The notes beneath the pieces are model-generated. The model had not been told where the DNA came from. It did not search any database and worked only from the letters and a program-made list of their open reading frames with translations. A DNA stretch of 63,946 nt, counting the filler, from Octopus bimaculoides (lineage: Eukaryota), in the NCBI RefSeq assembly GCF_001194135.2. It is 8 parts of 7 records of this genome, joined end to end, with 100 filler letters (N's around TTAATTAATTAA, not from the genome) between each part and the next. Parts side by side here need not be neighbours in the genome. Positions count along the whole stretch, not along the records: positions 42,600 to 55,496 come from NC_068987.1; positions 55,597 to 57,854 come from NC_068982.1; positions 57,955 to 61,875 come from NC_069004.1; positions 61,976 to 63,946 come from NW_026323375.1; 4 more parts are not named here. One strand, given 5' to 3'. Shown one piece after another: positions 53,110 to 63,946 of the stretch (positions are counted from its first letter, which is position 1; the number at the start of each line of letters is the position of its first letter). A program made the position numbers and the translations under genes.

Positions 53110-53335
53110 CGTGCGTGCGTGTGTGTGTTTGTGTGTCTGTGTTTGTCCCCCCAACATCGATTGACAACCGATCCTGGTGGGTTTACGTCCCTGTAACTTA
53201 GCGGTTCGGCAAAGGAGAGGGATAGAATAAGTACTAGGCTTACAAAGAATAAGTCCTGGGGTCGATTTGCTTGACTAAACGTGGTGCTCCAACATGGCCG
53301 CAGTCAAACGACTGAAACAATTAAAAGAGTAAAAG
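52878..53335 (+). mobile_element. tRNA-derived SINE family B (GGCTGTGTGGTAAG head, internal microsatellite, GACTGAAAC tail)
   Basis: Full copy with internal (TA)n(TG)n; duplicated head at ~52850; other copies at 305-440(-), 6230-6430(+), 12350-12510(-), 17230-17590(+), 25640-25860(-), 28960-29200(+), 30785-30940(-), 35900-36040(-), 37689-38035(+), 48160-48300(-), 59088-59860(+), 63355-63560(+). Confidence 0.88.
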
Positions 53336-53379
53336 GGTAACATGTTGAATGAATTCGGATATCGGCCCATCCGTCACCT

Positions 53380-53600
53380 TTCCTTCTCTACCTTTGCCTT
53401 GTAGGTGGTGAAAGTATATTGATAGATGTTGGAAATACAGAAGTCAAATACTTTCTCGTATTGCTCAAACACTTCTCAAGTTTCAGTTGTAAAAAGAAAA
53501 AGATGGAGCTCAATGCACTCCTTCAGTAAGTATGGAGAATGGTGCGTTTGAAGGCAAAGATTGCAGTATGTGCCAATCTGTCCGAGAGCCACATTTAGCA
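53380..53600 (+). mobile_element. Possible decayed Tx1/L1-like LINE 3' end
   Basis: LCLV.G.E...FL.....HFSSF..KKK..E......*VW resembles, from recollection only, the C-terminus of an Octopus Tx1-like element. Confidence 0.3.
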
Positions 53601-54497
53601 GCGGACACCTAGCCTTGGTGTTTAATGTAATCCTCATCAGTGGTAGTGTGTGACTGCAATACCATTTCTGAATCGCGATGGGTTTGTGAGGGATTACCTG
53701 AAGGTAAAGTGTAATGAGACATAAGTCTCACAAAGTTTCTTGAGTACTTTCGACTACGCAACAAGATTTGATTTCCAAAATGGACGACTTTAGATTACGA
53801 TGATCCAGGTCATATTTCAATAGAATTTGTGTCCGTCCGTTTAGCTGATAATTTTAAAGTATATCGTCTACAATCGGTGTGCATTTGTCAGGCAGAAATT
53901 TCTGGCCAGGTTTTGAAAATTTCTTTATTTCTTTCAAATATACAGAAGCCCAAAATAGTCCAGTCGTTTGTCTAAGATGTAGATTATATCACCCATATTT
54001 TGTAGTAAGCGAGACGTCTCAAACAAGATCTTCTAGGCGTGTGAAGAAAGTTGGGTGTACTGATCCAGTCGAGGCATAGACCGTAATTAATATGCATGTA
54101 TTTCTTCGCGCTATCCATGTCCAGGAACTCCTAATTTATCGACAGGTTTAAGGATATTGGCTATGCTTTTGCATAGGAGGATTTCATCACAAATAACACT
54201 ATCAGGCCGCCCGCTGACCACGTAATGAGATTACGTGTATGTATATGCGTGTGCATATATGTATGCATATATANNNNNNNNNNNNNNNNNNNNNNNNNNN
54301 NNNNNNNNNNNNNNNNNNNNNNNNNNNNNNNNNNNNNNNNNNNNNNNNNNNNNNNNNNNNNNNNNNNNNNNNNNNNNNNNNNNNNNNNNNNNNNNNNNNN
54401 NNNNNNNNNNNNNNNNNNNNNNNNNNNNNNNNNNNNNNNNNNNNNNNNNNNNNNNNNNNNNNNNNNNNNNNNNNNNNNNNNNNNNNNNNNNNNNNNN

Positions 54498-55401
54498 CTT
54501 ACAGCTGTTTCTGGGAAGATCCAGTACTTCCCTTCATCGGGGACAGAAAAAATAAAGTAATCTATTATTATATCCATAGGCGAATATTTTTAGTATGAAG
54601 TGGTAAAGAGTGTGATGTGCTGAAAAAAGAGAGAACAGTACTTGAAGTGTAGTTTCATTCCAGTGGTAAATATCCGTGTAGAAATTTGTGCAAAGTAATC
54701 CTCGTGTGAATAATCCGGAAATTTATGTTGGAACGAAAGTTGATATAGCATAGATAGCAGAGGTATATATATTCCATATTGCGATAGATTTTTGCTTGTT
54801 TACTTGAAGAATGTCCAAGTCAAGTGAAAAGTTAGCGGTAATTAGGTCAAGTCAAGAAGATAGAATGTGAAAGGGGATAGAGGAGATATAGAGGCGGAGG
54901 ATGGTAGCGATATATTTATGGTCAGTTGGTCTTAACAGGGTAGAGGGGATGAGCATATAGAGTGAGGGAGGAATAGGGGGGTTGAGGTTAAAAGGTCTAG
55001 TGAGTAGGAAGGAATGCGACTGTGTAGTATATAGGTGGTGAGGGTATGAGTGATAAACCAAGGACAGAGATAAAGGAAAGGGATGGGTGGGAAAGGTAGT
55101 TAGTAGTATCATATTTTAGGATGCTGCCAAGCCTATTTATAGACGGTAGAAAGGGATTGAAAGAGGTGACGTAGTCTCTTTGTGTAGGTGGTGTTCTTGT
55201 GAAATTGAGAATATGAGAAATAGATTTAGTGGTATATGTGTGGTGAGATGATCGAAAGGAAATAATCCTTTTTTCAGCACATCACACTCTTTACTACTTC
55301 ATACTAAAAATATCCGCCTATGGATATAATAATAGATTACTTTATTTTTTCTGTCTCCGATGAAGGGAAGGACTGGATCTTCCCAGAAACAGCTGTAAGA
55401 C
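54498..55401. repeat. ~131-bp inverted repeat pair (54498-54628 / 55269-55399), each arm carrying a hammerhead-like motif
   Basis: Arms are reverse complements with about 4 mismatches, ~640-bp spacer; motif CCGAUGA-A-GGGAAG..CUUCCC-A-GAAAC-AGCU-GUA at both outer ends. Confidence 0.85.
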
Positions 55402-55463
55402 TCTATCCATAAAATTCTTCAACCTTACCTTTGCTCTCTTTATCTTTTTGTTTTTATATATTT

Positions 55464-55496
<33 letters not shown>

Positions 55497-58400
55497 NNNN
55501 NNNNNNNNNNNNNNNNNNNNNNNNNNNNNNNNNNNNNNNNTTAATTAATTAANNNNNNNNNNNNNNNNNNNNNNNNNNNNNNNNNNNNNNNNNNNNAAAT
55601 AAATAAATAAATAAAAATACCTCTGCAGAAAAATTAACAGAATAAAGAACACGAATAACGTTTCCCTAAAATCTTATATGCTTTCGAATATTTTATGCAG
55701 TAATGAAGGGTGTCGTGTATTTATATCAAATTCGATTTCTAACACGCACAAAAGCCTTTATCGTTGAAGTTAATATATCCGAAAAAATCATCACTCTCAA
55801 CTTCAATATTGAAGGCAAAACTAACGTTTTAACCGCCCACAAACCATATATTTTACTCTACAAGATTTCAAGCTTCATTTCCCCTGCGGAATTGTACAAA
55901 TTTATATCCAGAACGTAATTGAAAGAAATATTACATGATATTTGTTTCCGACGTTCTAACGACATCTGCTAATCACAGATGTAACTAATTCAGAGAAACA
56001 TTACTTTCATTATTCACACATCGTCACTCTCGTATTCCAACACTTTGTAATTTTGGTTCAAATTGAAAGTGTGAAACTATTTTCACTTTCTAATGATACC
56101 GGGTCGTTGTAGAGAAGTGTATTTCAAATAAGTATATCTGGTTGTTGAGATAAGGTAGAAAATATGTAAATGAAAATAAAGTTTATTTGACATGTGTAAC
56201 TGATTAGATTGCTCTAGTCTTAACATTAGTTGGTAAGAATAGAAGTCATTTAACGACACCTTTTTGTTTCTAATTGGCTCTCCTGTTGCAGGTTCAATCC
56301 GTGGAATATTGAAATGATACCCATCTTGTCCATTCCATAGAATAAGAGTATGCTAGAGAGCATCAAAAGAGGGACGAGTCTGTGAAACCCGTTTAAGGCT
56401 GTTATCTCGATCACGAATGAGAAAGAATATCATGATTTTCATGGGGATCACCAACCATGAGGACGGCTACTTCATTAAAACAGCATAAAATGTTCTTTAC
56501 TATAGTTTACTATAGACGTAACAAACGCAGAAACACACACACACTCACAGATACATACACACTCATAGAATTGATAATATTGAAAACAGCAAAACGTACA
56601 CGCGAAGTTCAAGCGAAACGAAATGTTGTCAATATAGGTGCAAAACAAACTTTCTCTAGTATAGTTATGCTATAAAAAAAATGGAGGTTAGCAATTTAGT
56701 AAAAGTTACTATGCGTCACCAATGTAACAAAGTACAGAAAGTCAACATTTATTTGGAACATGTACTAAATGTTATAAAATTCACGGTTGAATAAATGTCA
56801 CGGTGAAGAAATTGAAAGTCCAAGAAAATTCAGAAGGCAATTCAGTTTTTTATGCAAATATAATTTATTTTATAATTTTGAAATGAACGCTGATCCAAGT
56901 GTATAGAAAGGAATATGCTGCTGTTATAAATGCTAATTTAAAACATTTGCTGAAGGATGTATATAGCAAGATATCAATTAATTTGATATTGCTATGTATT
57001 TTTTAACTGTGTGACGTTATAGGCTGTAGAATAAATACTGACTAACGCAGTAAAAAAAAGTTGTGCGACGCTGATTTTCACAGTGATGACGAAGTATAGG
57101 AGGAATACGATAGGAACTGTTAAAAAGCATAATCTTGAAACTGGTTAGGAGTAGAATAACATTTCTGTAATTATATTGAAATAACTGCTGAGGCTTTCTA
57201 CTTCGCCAAGTTCACGAATTTGTTATAATAATCAGAATAACATTTCTTTTTTCAGATATATTTGCGAGTATTGTGAGCGCTGTTAAATCAACCAAATCTT
57301 CAAGTTGGTAGTACTTGAAAGTGAACGTTGTTCGTTTAAAATCCAGGCCGTAACTAAACTAAACTTTCTAAATCGCTGCGTTTCACTGTTGGGGGAGGGG
57401 TAAAGTCACATACAAATACTAAGACGCATACACATTAACGCACACCTCAAACCTATCTCTGTCCTTTTGTGTGACTGTTTCTGTCTTTAGATATGTGTGT
57501 GTCAGTCGTCACAAAAATGTATGTATACTGACAGACACATACACCGTCACACACATATATTTGTCAGTCATCGGCCAAACGTACGTAACGAACACGCGAA
57601 AACACTCGTATGTGATGTCATCGTCGATGTGGTGGTGTTATAAAATGTCGTTTACGATAGGTGACGAAAATAAAAATGATAATGTTATATTTTTGTAATG
57701 CAAATATGTAAATGAAAATATAGTTTAGTTGGTAACCAAAAGCCTACTGAATTCTTTGATACCCCATACGTCAAAATCAGCAACTAGGTTTTGGAATGCA
57801 TAAGGAGAATACGCACACGCACATACAAACTCTCTTTTATATATATATATATATNNNNNNNNNNNNNNNNNNNNNNNNNNNNNNNNNNNNNNNNNNNNTT
57901 AATTAATTAANNNNNNNNNNNNNNNNNNNNNNNNNNNNNNNNNNNNNNNNNNNNTATATAAACATACATAGACACACATGTAAACATACATATATACGCA
58001 CATATATATATACACAAATACATACATATAGAGAATCATACATGCATGCATACATACAAATTTAGAAACACATACGCATACATAGATACACACATGTAAA
58101 CATAAAAATATATACACATATATATACACAAATACATATATAGATGCATGCATACATACACACATACATACATACGTACGTACATACATACATACATACA
58201 TACATTCACACATACATACATACATACATACACGTGTACAAGTGTCCAAATCCTCTTGTAGAGCAGAAGGTACTTAATTTTTCAAGGAGATTTTCCTCCA
58301 TTTTGTTTTCACAAGGAAGCGGGGGTTGTTATGCAATGCTATCAACTGATATATCTCCATTATTAATGGATGAAGTATAATTCTTCGACATACGGTTCGA

Positions 58401-59087
58401 ATATATTTTCTCTTTTCTCTCTTTTTTATTCATTTTTGTCCTTCGAATGGCTTCTACTTTCCGTACAACGATATTCTCTTTACCGTTTCGATTGAGCTTA
58501 AATGGTCAGTCAACAGCAATTAGCCGGCTAAAGAATGAATATATTGAAGACGATAGATCGATAAATATTATTGTTACAACATTCGATCAAATATACACAA
58601 GTAGGATCTTCATATTCCAATATATTCTATTGATTTGCAATTTTGTTTCCGTGTATTGTAACATTAGTATTATTATTATTAACACTAGTAGTAACAGTAG
58701 TTGTAGTATTTTATTGTATAATTTCTGTTATTGTTGCTTTAGGTCTCTGTCACATGAACGACGAAGAACAAGCCATCGTTATCTTAATACAGAATCAAAC
58801 ACAAATGGAGATACGCGCATGCGTATTGCTCAGAAAATAAAATCTAAACGTACTTTTCGATTTTACTGCGTAAGCACAAAATCATGGAATTTGATTTTTG
58901 AAAAGCGTGAGAGCGGAATTGAGATTCGGTGACATTCATGCTGTTAAGGGACCTGCAAGACGGGTCACTTCAGTTATTCATCTTACTTAGGGTTTCTCAA
59001 CCATCTTTTTTTAACCTATGGATCACTTTGATTTCTGCTTTACGTAGTTGGATCCTCATAGCCATTCGATGTTTGAAAAATCTTATT

Positions 59088-59326
59088 GCGTGGCTGTGTG
59101 GTAAGAAGCTTGCTTCTCAACCACATAGTTCTGGGCTCAGTTCCACTGCGTGGCACCTTGGGCAAGTGTCTTCTACTATAAGCCTCGAACTGACCAAAGC
59201 CTTGTGAGTGTATTTGGTAGAAGGAAACTGAAAGGACCCCGTCGTATATATATATATGTATGAATGTATATATATGTGTGTATATATATGTATAAATATG
59301 TATATTTATGCATATATATGTATATT

Positions 59327-59419
<93 letters not shown>

Positions 59420-59860
59420 TTATGTCTGTGTTTGTCCCAACCCATCACTACTTGACAACCGGTGTTGGTGTGTTTACGTCACTGTAATCTAGCGTTTCGT
59501 CGAAAGCGATCGATGCAATAAGTACTAGGTTTAAAACAAAAAGCCGTGGGATCGATTTGCTCGACTAAAACCCTTCAAGACGGTGCTCCAGCAGGACCGC
59601 GGTCAAATGACTGAAACAAATAAAAGAATAAAATATTTTTATAATTTTTAGCGCCCGTGTTTGTCATCCCCAACCGCTTGACAACCAGTGTTGGTTTGTT
59701 TACATCTCCGTAACTTAGCTGTTCCGGAAAGAGACCGATAGAATAAGTAGCAAAGTTTAGCACAAAAGCGCAAGTACTGGGGTCGATTCGTTCGACTGAG
59801 GCCCTTCAAAGCAGTGCTCCAGAATGGCCACAGTCCAATGCCTGGAACAAGTAAAAAACA
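59088..59860 (+). mobile_element. SINE family B full copy plus second 3' half
   Basis: Match to 52878-53335; tail segment repeated at ~59660-59860. Confidence 0.82.
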
Positions 59861-60494
59861 AACAATTAAAGAATATAGGTAGAACTATTTGTATGGCGAT
59901 TCTTTTTGACTATCGTCTGTTTTTCTTCAATCAACAACAACGAAGCAGACGATAGAACGTTAGCCCTGATAAAAGATTGTAGAAAAGCAAGGTCGATGAG
60001 AATGTGTTACACACTTCTTCCTTTAAAACGAATAATAACAATAACAATAACAATAATAATACTATATCCGTATTTTGGCATCATGAAATATTACCTCAAC
60101 TAAAGAATTCAATGCCAGTATTTGGTCTGATATTTTCATGGCAAAAATCCTTAAAATATCGGAACAATCAGACATCTGTTAATATGGTGGTTGGTCTGTT
60201 TCCTATAACACTTCAATAACCGTCTGTTTCTCTTCAAACGACAACGAAAGCAGACGACAGAACAGTCACCATTATAAAAGATTGATCGTTAAAAGGCATA
60301 TAAGGCCATAGATTATCTCAGATTAGAAAGCGAGACGTTAGTTTGATTGAAAGTCGACTCGAGTCACGTATATTTTAGATTTCTGCTTTGTATTTTTGCA
60401 AATTTATATCTGAATTTTGTTTTGGTTTGCTGTTTGCTTTTATTGCTTTGGCTGCCTTCTCACGTTTTTCGTTTCTCTTTATTCCCCTTTTATC

Positions 60495-60687
60495 GTTGGT
60501 TGGTGATGATGATGATGATGGTGGTAGTGGTGGTGGTTGTGGTAATGGTGATGATGATGATGATGATGATGGTGGTGGGAGATGGTAGTGGTAGTGTTGT
60601 GGTTGTGGTTGCTTTTGCTTGTCCGCTTACGCTGGTGATTAAGTAGCACCACCGCCACTACCAGCAGTCATCCTCACCACCACCACC

Positions 60688-60718
<31 letters not shown>

Positions 60719-61030
60719 GCCACCACCACCTTCGTCGTCGTCATCATTATTGTCACCATCACTATCATCATCATCACGACCATCACTGTAACCATGATGA
60801 TGTTGAGGTGGTGATGATGATGTTTATGATGATGATGATGATCATCATCATCTGAAGTAGCAGCAGTAGTAGTAGTAGTAGCAGTAGCAACAGTAGTAGT
60901 AGCAGTAGCAGTAGTAGTAGTAGTAGTAGCAGTAGTAGTAGTAGCAGCAGTAGTAGTAGTAGTAGCAGTAGCAATAGTAGTAGTAGTAGTAGTAGCAGTA
61001 GTAGTAGTAGTAGTAGTAGTAGTAGTTACA
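60495..61030. repeat. Compound trinucleotide microsatellite field (GAT/GGT/CAC/CAT/TAG/CAG)
   Basis: Directly visible; one of many microsatellites in the window. Confidence 0.95.
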
Positions 61031-61163
61031 GTGCTAGTTTTATGTTTGTCGGTAATGGGGAGACAGAGAGTGGTGGGTCGGATATGTGATTGAGATTAAT
61101 GAGTTTCAGAACACACACACACACACGTATACATAGACAGATAGATGATAGACATAGTTGAAA

Positions 61164-61214
<51 letters not shown>

Positions 61215-61215
61215 G

Positions 61216-61249
<34 letters not shown>

Positions 61250-61539
61250 TATATAGTTAAATAAGTTGCGGGTAAAACCTTGTAGAATGTTGTGCAAAGC
61301 TCATCCACAGTCATTGGCTATCTGGTGTCATCATAAGCTACTGGATATACATCAGGAATTCTGTAGTATCCATAAAGTTTATAGAAATAGATAAACGATA
61401 TGAAATTGAATGAACGGCATTCCTTATTTAAAATCGTTACATTTGTTTCGACACATTTTTACAGCTGTGGCACATTGGTGAGATCTTGTGCAATCGTTAT
61501 CATTCATCCAAAGGGAAAAATATAATACGAGTCCTTGTT

Positions 61540-61615
61540 CATTCTTCGTCTCCTTTCTTTCCTTCCTTCTTTCTTTATTTCTTTCTTTCTTCCTTTCTTT
61601 CTTTCTTTCTTTAGT

Positions 61616-61656
<41 letters not shown>

Positions 61657-61875
61657 AATCGTTCCTTCCTGCCTTCGTTTCTTCCTTCTTCCCTTCGTTC
61701 GGTCTTACGTTCCTTCTTCCCTTTGATCTTTCGTTCATTCGTTCGTTCGTTCGTTCGTTCGTTCCTTCGTTCCTTCCTTCCCTCCTCCCTTCGTTCCTTC
61801 CTACTTTCGTTTCTTCCTTCTTCCCTTCGTTCGTTCTTTCATTCATTCTTCCCTTTGTTCGTGCGTTCATTCCTC
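61540..61875. repeat. Polypyrimidine tetranucleotide tract (TTTC/TTCG/TTCC)n
   Basis: Directly visible. Confidence 0.95.
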
Positions 61876-63298
61876 NNNNNNNNNNNNNNNNNNNNNNNNN
61901 NNNNNNNNNNNNNNNNNNNTTAATTAATTAANNNNNNNNNNNNNNNNNNNNNNNNNNNNNNNNNNNNNNNNNNNNGTGTATAAATGAGAATGTTTGCATG
62001 TATGTATCTATGTATGTGTGTGTACATGTACGCGTGTCCATGGAGGTATGTATGTATGTGTGTGTGTGTATGTGTGAGCATGTGTGAGTGTGTATCTATG
62101 TATTCATGTCTACATGTACATATGTATTGTTTGTATTCTGATCAAACAATTAAAAAGTAACAGAAACATTTACAAAAATGCTTTGTGTCCCCCATTGTGT
62201 GGGCGTTTGATGTCAAGTGGTCAGTGTATCACATAGAAAGTCAGTGGTCAATGGACAGTGGCCAGAGATAATGACCAGCAAATGCAGCTGAGGGTTATAA
62301 AAAAGTAATTTACTCCAGAGGAAAGTATTTCAGTTGTAGTAATTATGTTATTACACACACACACACACACACACTTGTCATCATCATCTTCACCACCACC
62401 AGCACCACCACCACCACCGCTGCCGCCACCACCACCGCCGCTTCCGCCACCNNNNNNNNNNNNNNNNNNNNNNNNNNNNNNNNNNNNNNNNNNNNNNNNN
62501 NNNNNNNNNNNNNNNNNNNNNNNNNNNNNNNNNNNNNNNNNNNNNNNNNNNNNNNNNNNNNNNNNNNNNNNNNNNNNNNNNNNNNNNNNNNNNNNNNNNN
62601 NNNNNNNNNNNNNNNNNNNNNNNNNNNNNNNNNNNNNNNNNNNNNNNNNNNNNNNNNNNNNNNNNNNNNNNNNNNNNNNNNNNNNNNNNNNNNNNNNNNN
62701 NNNNNNNNNNNNNNNNNNNNNNNNNNNNNNNNNNNNNNNNNNNNNNNNNNNNNNNNNNNNNNNNNNNNNNNNNNNNNNNNNNNNNNNNNNNNNNNNNNNN
62801 NNNNNNNNNNNNNNNNNNNNNNNNNNNNNNNNNNNNNNNNNNNNNNNNNNNNNNNNNNNNNNNNNNNNNNNNNNNNNNNNNNNNNNNNNNNNNNNNNNNN
62901 NNNNNNNNNNNNNNNNNNNNNNNNNNNNNNNNNNNNNNNNNNNNNNNNNNNNNNNNNNNNNNNNNNNNNNNNNNNNNNNNNNNNNNNNNNNNNNNNNNNN
63001 NNNNNNNNNNNNNNNNNNNNNNNNNNNNNNNNNNNNNNNNNNNNNNNNNNNNNNNNNNNNNNNNNNNNNNNNNNNNNNNNNNNNNNNNNNNNNNNACAGC
63101 CAAATACCCTTCCTCTCACTAGCTTCACCTATTTCTAAGCAAGGTAACGATCCGCTCCATGGCTAGGTAAGCTTTTGACAGAATATTGGAAAGGAACGAC
63201 ACTGCTTGTATGACAGTGACACTCATTTACAACTATTATGCAATGTCAAGACAAAGAGACACACACATACACACACACACACATACATATTATATCCA

Positions 63299-63329
<31 letters not shown>

Positions 63330-63946
63330 ATATATGTGTGTGTGTGTGTGTATTGTGTGTCTATGTTTGTCCCTCCACCATTGCTAGACAACCGATGTTG
63401 GTGTGTTTATGTCCCCATAACTTAGCGGTTCAGCAAAAGAGACCGATAGAATAAGTACTAGGTTTACAAAGAATAGGTCCTGAGGTTGATTTGCTTGACT
63501 AAAAATGATGCTCCAGCATGGCTGCAGTCAAATGAATGAAACAAGTAAAAGAATAAAAGAATATATTTGTGTGTGTGTGTGTATTTATCTATATGTATAC
63601 TAAGAAACATACAGTTAAGACAGATACAGAAGGATCCTAACTCTTCTTCAGCTGTTGGCCGGAAATTTGTTAATAGTCAGTTTTATGCCTTTAATGATAA
63701 GACTGAGAACTTCACATATCGGCGGCACCCGCAAAATTTGGGGAGAATTAGGGCTCAAGCAAAGAAAACGATTCAGTGTGAACACACGAAAGTAAGCAAA
63801 TATAATTTTATAATGATTGATGAAGACGGAATGAATACGGCCTTACGGCCGAACAGATGGCAATGATGGGTAACACCCGAAAGAAATCTTCAATGGATAT
63901 AGAAAGAGAAATAGCAAGAGAGACGTGTATATATATATATATATAT

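Noticed and set aside
56292-56340. Strong plus-strand acceptor followed by short frames
   Set aside because: All frames stop within 16 codons; nothing recognisable.
58235-58310. aaaATGG start, MEENLLEKLSTFCSTRGFGHL (minus strand)
   Set aside because: Runs into (TATG)n; donor ambiguous; no recognisable product.
63600-63866. ORF with SSSAVGRKF resembling a PLE endonuclease tail
   Set aside because: Similarity too weak to call without a profile search.

Overview
AT-rich, microsatellite-saturated animal genomic DNA. The tRNA-derived SINE families and DNA transposons match what I recognise from coleoid cephalopods, most likely Octopus (inference). About 10% is N. Seven 100-bp spacers (44 N + TTAATTAATTAA + 44 N) split the window into eight segments whose adjacency is not guaranteed. 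The only confident host-gene content is three minus-strand exons (17921-18047, 16719-16793, 12685-12837) encoding the PHD end, linker and most of the bromodomain of a TIF1-family (TRIM24/33, bonus-like) protein. The rest is mobile DNA: Dong/R4, HERO-like and RTE non-LTR fragments, a decayed DD37D (maT) transposon, mariner/piggyBac/hAT MITEs and dozens of SINE copies. Highlights: (1) a nearly complete RPL31 processed pseudogene whose 5' ~280 nt are inverted relative to its 3' end, with a ~21-nt duplication at the inversion point (twin-priming geometry), fused directly to a Dong/R4 fragment; (2) several type-I hammerhead ribozyme folds, including a pair at the outer ends of a 131-bp inverted repeat; (3) an old tandem duplication hiding a possible short coding exon with synonymous-biased divergence. 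Most ORFs in the supplied track are microsatellite or N-gap artefacts.
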